From Octopus sinensis (lineage: Eukaryota), in NCBI RefSeq assembly GCF_006345805.1, contig NW_021836809.1, positions 1-44,225 on the forward strand: a stretch of DNA of 44,225 bases, given 5' to 3'. The translations under genes and the position numbers were made by a program. The notes under the pieces were generated by a model, which was not told where the DNA came from, did not search any database, and saw only the letters and a program-made list of their open reading frames with translations. The stretch's first letter is position 1, and each line of letters opens with the position of its first letter. Below are positions 11,713 to 25,137 of this stretch, piece by piece.

Positions 11713-12007
11713 CTGCCACAAAGCAGAGGGACCATAGTGTAACCCAGTATGGTGTGGTAAACTTTCAGACCTTAGTCTAGATTGCGAATCCTCTGTACCC
11801 CAGGATGGTTCAGCTCTCCACCTGTTAAAAGCCACCGTTTACGGAATGAGGATAACAACATAGCTTTCATGCCCATGCAACCGCCAGTCTATCGCGTGTG
11901 GTGGGTGGATCTTCAAGTTGCCACACGCATTCTTAGTAGCTTAGAGTAGGCTCCAATTAGAGATTATTCTTTGTGGCTAATGGTGTGAGTCCTGATTGGA
12001 AGAAGAA

Positions 12008-12162
12008 GACAACAGCTGTCAGGTATCTCCCTAAACTTGGCTACTATGGCAGAACAGCAAGAATGAAGCCACTTCTTCAACTAGCCAATATCACATTGAG
12101 AAAAGATTGGGCCAGTGAAATGATGGAGTGGCCGCTAGCATTTTGGAATACTATCATATTCA
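12008..12162 (+). pseudogene. Tc1-family transposase fragment
   Basis: TTAVRYLPKLGYYGRTARMKPLLQLANITLRKDWASEMMEWPLAFWNTIIF matches the Tc1 G..R....KPLL.......R..WA....W...W..V.F linker just before the first catalytic Asp. Confidence 0.75.
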
Positions 12163-12176
12163 TGGTATATGCATAT

Positions 12177-12955
12177 AGGCGAGCTGGCAGAATCGTTAGC
12201 ACGCCGGGCGAAATGCACAGCGGTATTTCATTTGCCGTTACGTTCTGAGTTCAAATTCCTTTCGGGGGTCGATTAAATAAGTACCAGTTATGCACCGGGG
12301 TCCATATAATTGACTTAATCCGTTTGTCTGTCCTTGTTTGTCTGTCCTTGTTTGTCCTCTCTGTGTGTTTAGCCCCTTGTGGATAGTAAAGAAAAAGGTA
12401 TTTCGTCTGCCGTTACGTTCTGAGTTCAAATTCCACCGAGGTCAACTTTGCCTTTCATCCTTTCGGGGTCGATTAAATAAGTACCAGTCACACACTGGGG
12501 TCCATATAATTGACTTAATCCGTTTGTCTGTCCTTGTTTGTCCTCTCTGTGTTTAGCCCCTTGTGCGTAGTTAAGAAACAGGTATTTCGTCTGCCGTTAT
12601 GTTCTGAGTTCAAATTCCGCCAGGGTCAACTTTGCCTTTCATCCTTTTGCGGGGTTGATTAAATAAGTACCAGTTACGCACTGGGGTCGATATAATTGAC
12701 TTAATCCGTTTGTCTGTCCTTGTTTGTCCTCTCTGTGTTTAGCCCCTTGTGGGTAGTTAAGAAACAGGTATTTCGTCTGCCGTTATGTTCTGAGTTCAAA
12801 TTCCGCCAGGGTCAACTTTGCCTTTCATCCTTTTGCGGGGTTGATTAAATAAGTACCAGTTACGCACTGGGGTCGATATAATTGACTTAATCCGTTTGTC
12901 TGTCCTTGTTTGTCCTCTCTGTGTTTAGCCCCTTGTGGGTAGTAAAGAAATAGGT
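12177..12955 (+). mobile_element. tRNA-derived SINE family B with a tandem array of four ~175-186-bp 3' units
   Basis: A single A-box head (GAGCTGGCAGAATCG) is followed by units starting at 12222, 12397, 12581 and 12767, each with B box GAGTTCAAATTCC. Confidence 0.9.
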
Positions 12956-13187
12956 ATATGCATTTAGGCATGGCTGTGTGGTAAGCAGCTTGCTTTCCAA
13001 CCACATGGTTCCAGGTTCAGTCCCACTGCATGGCAACTTGGGCAAGTGATGGTGGTATAGGCAGTGTTGGTGATGGTTGTGGTGGTGGTGGTGGTGGCTG
13101 CATTGATGTTGAGGATGGTAGTGGTGATGGTGGTGGTGGTGTTGGTGGTGGTAGAGGTGCTGCGTTATAACTTCATCTGTTACTCAC

Positions 13188-13336
13188 GTTGGCCTCGGCC
13201 ACGTAAGTAACTGTCACTCTCACCTCCACATCACTCGTCATTTGTCACTCATTGCTTGTCACTCACCACCACCCCTACCACCACCACCACCACCACCACC
13301 ACCACCACTACAACTACCTCTACTTAGCCTTGTTAT
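13188..13336 (-). other. Candidate host exon with a possible start codon (coding part 13241-13188)
   Basis: Weak acceptor ttctag, an in-frame stop, then MTSDVEVRVTVTYVAEAN and a strong donor gtgagt. Confidence 0.3.
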
Positions 13337-13489
13337 CTAGAACATACATATATCACCAGTTTTTTTTCTTGCAGTTATCTGCTGTAATCACCCCTACCCT
13401 CTCCTTCCATGCCCACCCTTCCTCATCACCTTTTTCACCATTTGTCAGTTGTCACCTGTACTTTGACTTTGATGTAATAGAAATGTCCG

Positions 13490-14478
13490 TTGTTCTTATT
13501 GTTGTTATAGTGGTAGTGGTGGTGGTGTTGGTGGTGGTGGTGATGATGATGATGATGATGATGGTGGGGGTGTCGGTGGTGGTGGCAATGGTAGCGATCA
13601 TGGTGATGCTGGTGGCAGAGATGATTGCAGTTGTAGTAGTGGTGGTGGTGGTTGTAGTAGTGGTCATAATGGTTGATGTAGTAGTATTGGTGGTGTGTGC
13701 TGGTGGTGGTGGTGGTGGTGGTGGTGGTGGTGGTGGTGGTGGTGGTGGTGGTGATGATGGTGGTGGTGGTGGTGGTGGTGGTGGTGGTTGTGGTGGCGAT
13801 GGTGGTGGTGGTGGTGATGGTGGTGGTGGTGGTGGTTGTAGTAGTGGTCATAATGGTTGATGTAGTAGTATTGGTGGTGTGTGCTGGTGGTGGTGGTGGT
13901 GGTGATGGTGATGGTGGTGATGGTGGTGGTGGTGATGGTGGTGGTGGTGGTTGTGGTAGCGATGGTGGTGGTGGTGGTGGTGGTAGTGATGGTGGTGGTG
14001 GTTTTGTTAGCGATGGTGGTGGTGGTGATGGTGGTGATGGTGGTGGTGGTGGTGGTGGTGATGGTGGTGATGGTGGTGGTGGTGGTGATGGTGGTGATGG
14101 TGGTGGTGGTGGTGGTGGTTGTGGTAGCGATGGTGGTGGTGGTGGTGATGGTGGTGATGGTGGTGGTGGTGGTGGTGGTGATGGTGATGGTGGTGATGGT
14201 GGTGGTGGTGTTGTGGTAGCGATGGTGGTGGTGGTGGTGATGGTGGTGGTGATGGTGATGGTGGTGATGGTGGTGGTGGTGGTTGTGGTAGCGATGGTGG
14301 TGTGGTGGTGATGGTGATGGTGGTGGTGATGGTGGTGGTAGTGATGGTGGTGGTTTTGTTAGCGATGGTGGTGGTGGTGATGGTGGTGGTAGTGGTGGTG
14401 GTGGTGGTGGTTGGTAGTGGTGGTAGTGGTGATGGTGGTGGTGGTTGTGGTGGTGGTGGCGGTGGTCGTGGTGGTGGT
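13490..14478. repeat. (GGT/GAT)n array with an internal ~184-bp duplication
   Basis: Directly visible. The variant block GTCATAATGGTTGATGTAGTAGTATTG occurs twice. Confidence 0.95.
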
Positions 14479-14629
14479 AACGTAGAGCATTTGTATGATC
14501 AGTATATCATAGGCTGCAGCACGACGTGTGCACGCACCGTTAATAAACTAAGGATAATTGATTTTAATTGAACTGAATTTTAATTAAAAAGAAAGATTGA
14601 GAATGAAACATCTGGGAGTGTAGTTGAAA

Positions 14630-14800
14630 TTTACAGAAAAACAAAAGATGAAGACAGGTGTATAAACTACAAACAGGTGTATTAGTTTGATGCTTGGGAA
14701 GGTGAGAAAGTCTTTTAGGTTTCGAGCCTGTGCTCTTCAGCAGAAAGGAACACGAGGAAATAAACAGATAGAGAATAAAACTTGTGGAGTTAGTGGTTAA
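14630..14800 (-). mobile_element. Short PLE-derived element with an HHR-like motif at 14712-14747
   Basis: The minus strand reads CTTT-CTGCTGAA-GAGC acag GCTC-GAAAC-CTA-AAAG. Homologous to 19901-20106. Confidence 0.6.
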
Positions 14801-14999
14801 GAGTGTGTGTGTGGTGTGTGTGTGTGTGCGTGCGTGCATGTCTGTGTGTGTGTGTGTGTGTGTGCAATTCTAGGTATAAATTTCATGATGATGATGATAA
14901 CGATCCTTCTCATCATCTTTATTATCATCATCATCATCATCGCAATCATCATCACGATCCTCCTCTTCCTCCTCTACATCATCATCATCATCATCATCA

Positions 15000-15228
15000 T
15001 TAACCCTTTTGTTACTGTATTTATTTTGAGATGTTCTGTGTTTTGTTCAATTACTTTAAATATAACAAAGAATTTAGTAAAATAACTTAGTTATCATTAA
15101 GCTAGTGTTAGGAACATAAATTGTGACTAAAGTTTGGTGGAAGATTTTAATTCAAAACTTTCGAAAACAAGACATTTGTACTACAGAGCCAGAGGTGGTT
15201 TTAACCAGGTTGGTATTGAAAGGGTTAA
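15000..15228. mobile_element. piggyBac-type MITE
   Basis: TTAA|CCCTTT...AAAGGG|TTAA termini and target site duplication. Confidence 0.85.
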
Positions 15229-15372
15229 AAACACCTCTACATTTGAGCAGATGGACATTAGAAGCAGTTGGAAGGGTGAGGATCGAAAGAAATTTAGGCT
15301 ATTATTTCTAGCATATAGAGTGACCACATTGAGGTCTCCTTCTCTCATGTATTCTGCTGGTTATTTTTCTTC

Positions 15373-15600
15373 TTAACCATTTTGTTACCATATTTATTTT
15401 GAGATGCTGTGTTTCTTTCAATTAATTTTAAATATAACAAAGAATTTAGTAAAATAATTTAGTTATCATTAAGCTAGTGTTAGGAACATAAATTGTGACT
15501 AAGGTTTGGTGGAAGATTTTAATTCAGAACTTACGAAAACAAGACATTTGTAATACAGAGCCAGAGCCGGTTTCAGCCGGGCTGATCATGAAAGGGTTAA
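15373..15600. mobile_element. piggyBac-type MITE, second copy
   Basis: TTAA|CCATTT...AAAGGG|TTAA, in the same orientation as and homologous to 15000-15228. Confidence 0.85.
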
Positions 15601-15674
15601 ACACCTGTTTTTCCCTGCTGGCATGAAAATGTTTCATTATATATATACATCAACATACATATATCTTTTTTTTT

Positions 15675-16283
15675 TATCTTTTACTTGTTTCAGTCATTAG
15701 ACTGAGGTCATGCTGGAGCACCACCTAGAAGAAATTTTAAGCCTGATATTTATTCTATCAATTGATTTTGCTGAACTGCAAGGTTACAGGGATGTAAATA
15801 CACCAACACTGGTTGCCAAGCAATAGTGGGCGACAAACATAAACAGAAAGACTAAGACACACACACATGCACACACAAAGACACACACAGACACACAAAG
15901 ACACACACAGACACACAAAGACACACACACACACACACAGACGCACACACACACACAAAGACACACACACAGATCACACACATACACGTACACGCAGACA
16001 CACACACACAGACACACACACACACAGACACTCACACACACAAAGACACATACAGGCGCATGCACACACACACACACATACACACACACACAAAGACACA
16101 CACAGATACACACATATGTGTATATGCCACCCTTCTTTCTGATCTGTTTATAAAATTCATTCACAAGGCTTTGATCAGCCTGAGGTGATAGAAGACAATT
16201 GCTCAAAGTAACATGCATTGGGACTGAACCCAGAAATATATGATCAGGAAGCAAGCTTCTTACCACACAGCCATGGCTATGCC
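15675..16283 (-). mobile_element. Old SINE A with an expanded internal (CA)n tract
   Basis: Diverged SINE A halves around a ~270-bp CA-rich tract. Confidence 0.75.
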
Positions 16284-16376
16284 TATATACTCACATATAT
16301 ACATAATGCATATGATTATATTATGTATATGTTTATATGTATATATATGAAGGCATATATATACATATATATATAT

Positions 16377-16780
16377 GTGGCTGTGTGGTAAGTAGCTTGC
16401 TAACCAACCACATGGTTCCGGGTTCATTCCCACTGCGTGGCATCTTGGGCAAGTGTCTTCTACTATAGCCTCGGGCCAACCAAAGCCTTGTGAGTGGATT
16501 TGGTAGACGGAAACTGAAAGAAGCCTGTCGTATATATATGTATATATATATATGTGTGTGTGTGTGTCTGTGTTTGTCCCCCTAGCATTGCTTGACAACC
16601 GATGCTGGTGTGTTTATGTCCTCCGTAACTTAGCGGTTCGGCAAAAGAGACCGATAGAATAAGTACTGGGCTTACAAAGAATAAGTCCTGGGGTCGATTT
16701 GCTCAACTAAAGGCGGTGCTCCAGCATGGCCGCAGTCAAATGACTGAAACAAGTAATAGAGTAAAAAAGAGTAAAGAGTA
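16377..16780 (+). mobile_element. SINE A
   Basis: Nearly full-length copy. Confidence 0.9.
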
Positions 16781-17181
16781 TATATGTATATATATATATA
16801 TAGATATATATACATATATATATATACATATGTATATATATATATGTATATATATGAAAGAGTTAGACTGTTGCTCTTGTGATTGGCAGATGTGGATTGA
16901 CTTCCCAGACAGGGTGGCGTGTTGTGTTCTTAAACAAAACACTTCATTTCACATTGCTCTAGTTCCCTTTTTCAATTAGGAGAAGTGTTGGCCTCCTCAC
17001 CTAGTTTGTGGAGTGGCATCATTCAAAGGCTAAAATTATGCAAAGTGCATTGTGAGCAGTGATGTATAACAGCATAGTCAGGCCAGTCACGTGATCACAT
17101 AATGTATGAATTTATGTCATTTTTCAGTTTTATTTCAAGATTTGTATGTATGCATGTATGTGTGTGTGTATATTATGTATG

Positions 17182-17214
<33 letters not shown>

Positions 17215-17220
17215 ATATAA

Positions 17221-17264
<44 letters not shown>

Positions 17265-17790
17265 ATGTATATATATATATATGTAAAGTAAAAAAATACA
17301 AACTGGGACAAGAATGTGAAACAATTATATAGTAATTGTTATATATTAATAAATAAAACATATGCATATATATATACATATATGTACGTACTACCTCTCT
17401 ACATGTACATATACACGCATATATGAGTACAGACACAAAAAAAACGTCGAACACAATGAGAAACGAAAACATAGACACAAACCCAAGGAACTGGACATTT
17501 TTTTTAAACAACAAAAAATAGAGTACAGGGCAATTAACACAAAGAAAAAACCCCTTCTTCAGTCGCCATGGTTTCATCTACTCTACGTTTCGAAGGTGAA
17601 GGCGAGACGTATCTTCGAATAAGAAACTTTCCTTCCTGTGAAAAGCAAATCAATTAAAATTTGAGATCTTTTCGCAGAGGGGTGAAAATGGTAACAAAAC
17701 CAGGACAGTAACGACAGTACAAACTGTATAAGCAGTAAAAGACAGGACAAGGAAAAACAAGATAAGAAGGGCTGTTAATGCCGAACGCTG

Positions 17791-18226
17791 TACTCTTTAC
17801 TCTTTTACTTGTTTCAGTCATTATTATAAATCTCCCACTTTGTGGGGAACCGGTTTCCAGCAAAGATACAAGGCTTCGTCTTTGGGATGTTGACTTATTC
17901 TTTGGAAGCCTGGTACTTATTCTATTGGTCTCTTTTGCCAAACCGCTAAGTTCCGGGGATGTAAACACAACACCATCGGTTGTCAAACGATGTTGGGGGG
18001 ACAAACACAGACACACAAACACATACACATATACATACATACATACATACATATATATATACAACAGGCTTCTTTCAGTTTCCATCTACCAAATCCACTC
18101 ACCAGGCTTTGGTCGGCCCGTGGCTATAGTAGAATACACTTGCCCAAGGTGCCACGCAGTGGGACTGAACCCAGAACCATGTTGTTGGTAAGCAAGCTAC
18201 TTACCACACAGCCACCCCTGCGGCTA
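17791..18226 (-). mobile_element. SINE A with a replaced internal segment
   Basis: SINE A, except that ~17823-17891 is foreign sequence. Confidence 0.8.
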
Positions 18227-18286
18227 TATATTATATATATATATATATATAATATATATATACATATATATACATACATATATATC

Positions 18287-18337
<51 letters not shown>

Positions 18338-18842
18338 TGTTATACATACATACATACATACATGTATATATGATATATATATAGTATACACACATATATA
18401 CACATACACACATGTAAATCACATGTTATATCGATGTTTTTCCCTTTCATTTTGCCTTTGAATTTTATCAGACCGAATTTCAAAGAACATTGCAAATAAT
18501 AGTAATGGACTTTTAATAAGCATACACATTACATACATACGCACACACATGCACATAAACACAACACACACACACCACACATCCACAAACAACTACTCAT
18601 GCATAAGGACATGTTTTATAATCTCTATAATCGTTGGTGACAATTGTTTGAGATTAAAGTACTGATAACAAAATCATATTTAATTATACATTAATGTGTG
18701 TGAGTGTGTGTGTGTATGTATGTTAAATAAAATGTGACAACATCCCAAAGACGAAACCGGTTCCTCACAAAGTGGGAGATTTATATTAATTATTATAATT
18801 ATTATTCTTATAAGATAGGAGAGTCAAATGTGTGTGCGTGTC

Positions 18843-18873
<31 letters not shown>

Positions 18874-18876
18874 TAA

Positions 18877-19052
18877 TTGTGTACAGTGCTCAGGTGCACT
18901 ACAACTCATCTAAAGTGTATATATAATCAGGTGTAGTTTCGACGGATTTCGGAAAGCATGAGGGCCTTAAAGGATGCAGTGTCATTGCAGTCAACAACTG
19001 ACGCAGGCAGTTTGTTCCATGCTTCAGCAACTCTGAGCGTGAAAAAATGTTT
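18877..19052 (-). pseudogene. CR1-clade LINE 3' end
   Basis: The minus strand reads KHFFTLRVAEAWNKLPASVVDCNDTASFKALMLSEIRRNYT* (FF..RV...WN.LP..VV......FK motif), with a short UTR and a (TTA)n tail. Confidence 0.85.
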
Positions 19053-19430
19053 CATCATCATCATCATCGTTTAACGTCCGTTCTCTATGTTAGCATGGGT
19101 TGGACGGTTCGACCGGGGATCTGGGAAGCCAGAAGGCTGCACCAGGCTCCAGTCTGATCTGGCAGACTTTCTACAGCTGGACGTCCTTCCTAACGCCAAC
19201 CACTCCGTGAGTGTAGTGGGTGCTTTTTACGTGCCAGGTGAGGCTGGCAACAGCCACGAACGGATGGTGCTTTTTACGTGCCACCAGCACAGGTGCCAGG
19301 CGAGGCTGGCAACGGCCACTATTGAATTGGTACTTTTTACGTGCCACCGGCACGGAGGCCAGTCAAGGCAGCGCTGGCATCGGCCACATTCAGATGGTGC
19401 TTTTTACGTGCCACCGGCACAGGGATCACA
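19053..19430 (-). mobile_element. SINE family D, 3' part ((GAT)n tail, internal tandem motif)
   Basis: ...GGACGTTAAAC(GAT)n end and repeated GGTGCTTTTTACGTGCCAC. Further copies at 29050-29298, 34920-35262, 39980-40035 and 41868-42036. Confidence 0.8.
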
Positions 19431-19900
19431 ACGTATGTGGAATTTTGGGGACGTTCATAAGTGTCCTCAAAATTCCACACAGCCTTGGCTTTGTTGTCAC
19501 ATCTTATTTAAGATACAGATGCTCATACAAGACTTGCATTAGATCCCTCACTTGTATCGTTATTGAACCGAGAGTTTAACTACGGTCCTTCTATTGCACT
19601 TACATAGCCTTGTCTGCCACCTTGGGTCTTCTGGATACCAATACCTCTCATATATTCATATATATGGTGTGTGTATATATCAGATGCAGCACGGATTTTT
19701 GTCAGTGAACAGGTCACGGATTTTAGCGACGAAAATATTTTGACAAATTAAACTTAAATGTTGAAGTGAATCTAACGGTTTTGTGTGTTTCTTAAATGGC
19801 TTAGAAACACCTTCCACGCTGCAATTGTTTTCATTCCAGCACACGATCTCAGATCAAATCACTTGCTATGCGAGTACATCTCCGTAATATATATATATAT

Positions 19901-20106
19901 ATAACGGGAAGCTTTATGAAAATAAACAAAAGACGAAGGCAGGTGGAATACAAACAAACAATTGTATTAGTATGGCGCTCAGGAATATAAATAAAACAAG
20001 TCTTTTACGTTTCGAGCCTATGCTCTTCAACAGAAAGATATACAGAAAAGAAATACGGAGAGAGAAAAATTGCGTGCAGAAGCTAGCAAATCAACATGGC
20101 GATCTG
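19901..20106 (-). mobile_element. Short PLE-derived element with an HHR-like motif at 20002-20037
   Basis: The minus strand reads CTTT-CTGTTGAA-GAGC atag GCTC-GAAAC-GTA-AAAG, flanked by (TA)n. A partial inverted copy lies at 24527-24618. Confidence 0.65.
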
Positions 20107-20218
20107 TATATATATATATATATATATATACAGAAAAAACTCTTCCAGGTGAATTTTTAGATCCAGAGTGGAAGGTCTATCTATATAAATATCTATCTAT
20201 CTAGCTTAGCTTACTCGG

Positions 20219-20269
<51 letters not shown>

Positions 20270-20472
20270 TTATTTTTCTTTTCCTTTTTTTTCCTTTTTT
20301 TCTTTTCCTTTTTCCTTTTTTTTTCTTTTTCCCCTTTTACGATCCCTTTTGATCAAAAACCTACGCCACTTTCTTTTGTTTTTTTTTGGTTTGTTTTCAT
20401 CCCCCAAAAGAAAAGCTCTACCTTGTAACTTGTCCCATCTGTGTGCAGCCCTGTGTGGCCAATAAAGAAACT
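20270..20472 (+). mobile_element. Probable retroposon 3' UTR ending in AATAAAGAAA before (TATC)n
   Basis: A pyrimidine-rich stretch and AATAAA, embedded in (TATC)n. The last ~45 nt resemble the SINE B tail. Confidence 0.45.
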
Positions 20473-20498
20473 TATCTATCTATCTGTCCATCTATCTA

Positions 20499-20531
<33 letters not shown>

Positions 20532-20641
20532 CTATTTATCTGTCTATCTATCTATCTATCTATCATCTATCTGTCTATCAATCTGTCTATCTATCTGTCT
20601 ATCTATCTGTCTCTCTGTCTATCTATCTATCTATTTATCTG

Positions 20642-20718
<77 letters not shown>

Positions 20719-20725
20719 TTATCTG

Positions 20726-20788
<63 letters not shown>

Positions 20789-20801
20789 GTCCATCTATCT
20801 A

Positions 20802-20832
<31 letters not shown>

Positions 20833-20846
20833 ATTTATGTCTATCA

Positions 20847-20909
<63 letters not shown>

Positions 20910-20971
20910 TTATCTGTCTATCTACTACTATCTATCTATCTATCTATCTACCTATCTATCTATCTATCTAT

Positions 20972-21009
<38 letters not shown>

Positions 21010-21240
21010 TTATCTGTCAGTCTATCTATCAGTCTATCTATCCACCTGTCCATTCGTCTGTCCATCCATCTGTCTATCTGTCCATCTGTCTATCTGTCCG
21101 TCTGTCTGTCTGTCCATCCGTCTGTCTGTCTGTCCGCCTGTCCATCTGTCTGTCTATCTTCCTCTCATTTCTATCCCCATGCCCTACCCCCTTCTCTCTC
21201 TCTCTCTCTCTCTCTCCCCCAGTCTCTCTCTCTCTCTTTC
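20473..21240. repeat. (TATC)n grading into (TGTC)n and (TC)n
   Basis: Directly visible. Confidence 0.95.
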
Positions 21241-21529
21241 CATCTCCATCATTCTCTTCATTTTATCAGCCTCTCTTTCCGTCTCTTCCATTTTTCATGC
21301 TGTTTATTTTTTCAATTCGACCGAATTTCTAACAAAAACAATAAATGAAATAAAATGAAAAAAAAAAAAACCCCGAAAATAAAAACAAAAAAAAAAGGGC
21401 AAAAAACAGCATTTAAGAAAATAATAATAATAATAATAACAATAATAATAATAATAACATAAATGCCCACTAAATTAGGTTTCAGCAGTTTCAGAAAAAA
21501 GTTTAATTCTAACAAACAGGATGTTAGAA

Positions 21530-21531
21530 AG

Positions 21532-21564
<33 letters not shown>

Positions 21565-21586
21565 AATAATAATAATAATAATAATA

Positions 21587-21659
<73 letters not shown>

Positions 21660-21670
21660 GGCGGTGATGA

Positions 21671-21704
<34 letters not shown>

Positions 21705-21709
21705 GGTGG

Positions 21710-21742
<33 letters not shown>

Positions 21743-22600
21743 CAATGGTGGTGGTAACGGTGGTGATGATGGTGAGGATAAGGATGAAGATGAAGAGTAT
21801 GTTGATGATTATGATGATGATGGTGATGGTGATGATGGCGAATTGCTTTTCTTTTTTTTATTTGCCACAGGGGTCATCACATAGAAAGTGCATTACGATG
21901 CCAAGTTGCGAAAGATGTAGTGGTGGAGGTGGTGGTAGTGGATCAGGTGGTGGTGGTGGCAGTGTTAGTGGTGACGACGATGATGATCATAACCATGATG
22001 ATGATGGTGGTGGTGATGACGATGATGATGATGATGATAACGGTGGTGATGCCGACAACAACAATGATGGTGGTGGTGGTGTTGTCCTCAGTAGTGACAA
22101 TGGTAATAATGCTGATGATGGTGGTGGTGGTAATGATGTTGACGATGATGATGGTGGTTGTATTGGTGTTGTTGTTGCTGTTGTTGTTGTTAATGGTAGT
22201 GGTGGTGGTAGTGATGTTGATGATGATGGTGGTGGTGGTCATGGTGGTTGTATTGGTGTTGTTGTTGTTGGTGGTGGCGGTGTTAGTGATGGTGACGATG
22301 ATGATCATAACCATGATGATGAAGATGATGATGGTGGTGGTGGTTACTGTGGTGGTGGTGGTGGTGGTGGTGGTGGTAGAAGTGGTGGTAATGATGTTGA
22401 CGATGATGGTGGTGGTGGTGGTTACGGTGGTTGTATTGTTGCTGTTGTTGTTGTTGTTGTTGGTGGTGGTAGTGATGTTGACGGCGCTCATAATGACGAA
22501 GGTGATGATGATAGTGATGATGGGGACGAGGATGATGGCTATGGATGATGACGATGACATCGACATCAATATCAACAACAACGACGACAACAACAACAAG
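21530..22600. repeat. Compound trinucleotide arrays (CAT, AAT, GAT, GGT, GTT)
   Basis: Directly visible. Confidence 0.9.
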
Positions 22601-23132
22601 AACCTAATAACGACAAGTCAGCTGAAATACAAAAGAAGGGTGCAGTTTTTTTTTTTTTTTTTATGTGTCACATGAGCAAACTTACACATCCATGGGAGGG
22701 GCAGGGTCGCTGTTGCTGCTGCTTCTGCTGCTACTGCTCCTGTTGGTGATCTTGTTACAAAACACACACCAAAAACAACCTAGTTTTTATCCTGCAAAAA
22801 CAACAAAAAAAAGTCACAAAAAAGACAAGAAAAAAAAAAAGCAAGACCTTACGTATCCGTTTTTAGTGTTAGGAAATACCACAGCTTTTATAGGTTACTG
22901 ACCCCTAAACAGACTTTAATATGCATAAGGCCCTTCCCCACTTATGGAGTACAATAGGTCATAGACAACTTTCCTCTGCTGTTTTCAACTTTGAGCCGTC
23001 CCTTCTATCGGACCCTGTTTTTTCATTACACTTTGTGGGGTCCTGTACACTCTGAGGGGTGGTTGGTGTTAAGAAGGGCACCCAGTTGAAGAAGTCAAGC
23101 CAAAACAGTTCCAGCAAAGAAAACAGACGTTA

Positions 23133-23882
<750 letters not shown>

Positions 23883-23934
23883 ATCCTGCCTCCTGTTATT
23901 TTTAGGGCTTTCTGTCTTCAGCTTCCCTTGTGGA

Positions 23935-24245
23935 TCCATGCTGGAGCACCGCTTTTAGTCGAGCAAATTGGCCCCAGGACTTATTCTTTGTAAGCCTAGT
24001 ACTTATTCTATCGGTCTCTTTTTGCTGAACCGCTAAGTGACGGGGACGTAAACACACCAGCATCGGTTGTCAAGCGATGTTGGGGGAACAAACACAGACA
24101 CACAAACACACACACACACATACATACATACATACACATATATATATATGTAATTACAATAATAAGGGTTTTTTGCAACAAGTGGGACTGAACCCCGAAC
24201 CATGTGGTTAGTAAACAAGCTACTTATCACACAGCCACTCCTGTA
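23935..24245 (-). mobile_element. SINE A, internally deleted
   Basis: 3' half plus head. Confidence 0.75.
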
Positions 24246-24421
24246 CCATACATACATACATACAACATACATACATACACATACATACAGACATACATAC
24301 ATACATACATACATACATACATACATAAATACATACATAACATACATACATGCATACATACATACATATATATATAAACATGCATATATATATATATTAA
24401 TTATATGTGTAATATATATAT

Positions 24422-24467
<46 letters not shown>

Positions 24468-24614
24468 TATATACATGTATATATATATAGATATATATAT
24501 ATATATATATATATTATATTATATATATACAATTGTTTGTTGTATTCCACCTGCCTTCGTCTTTTGTTTTTTCCGTAAACCTGCCTTCTTTGTCTATTTT
24601 CATAAAGCTTCCCG

Positions 24615-24653
<39 letters not shown>

Positions 24654-24660
24654 TATATAA

Positions 24661-24710
<50 letters not shown>

Positions 24711-24763
24711 TACATAACATACATACATTCATACATACATACATTCATACATACATACATACA

Positions 24764-24799
<36 letters not shown>

Positions 24800-25137
24800 T
24801 ATGTGTGTGTGTGTGTGGTAAATGAAAGATGGAAGATGGAATATATGAGAATTTATTATTAATCACAGTAATTGTTTCGACACGTCTAGCATCGATCCGT
24901 CAAGGGTGGGACACTTGACAACTGGTCCTGAAGCATCTGGCAGTACAGATGTGTATTAGTGTATGTATGTGTGTGTGTATATATTTATACATAGGTGAAT
25001 GTAATACATGCATATCTACTGTGTGTGTATGTGTGTTTGTGCAAGTGTATGAAGAAGATCTATTCTGACTTGCAAGAAGTTGTTTAAATTGAAATGGTAT
25101 CTGTAGCTGATGGCTAAGGAAAATAAGTCATCACTGC

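Noticed and set aside
12222-12955. CRISPR-like array (also 42218-42662 and 43535-44225)
   Set aside because: Whole units repeat with no unique spacers, the context is eukaryotic and no cas genes are present.
13252-14571. Gly/Val/Met-rich ORFs
   Set aside because: (GGT/GAT)n microsatellite artefacts.
19679-19887. Possible mariner-type MITE in (TA)n
   Set aside because: The terminal inverted match is too short and imperfect, and there is no second copy in the window.
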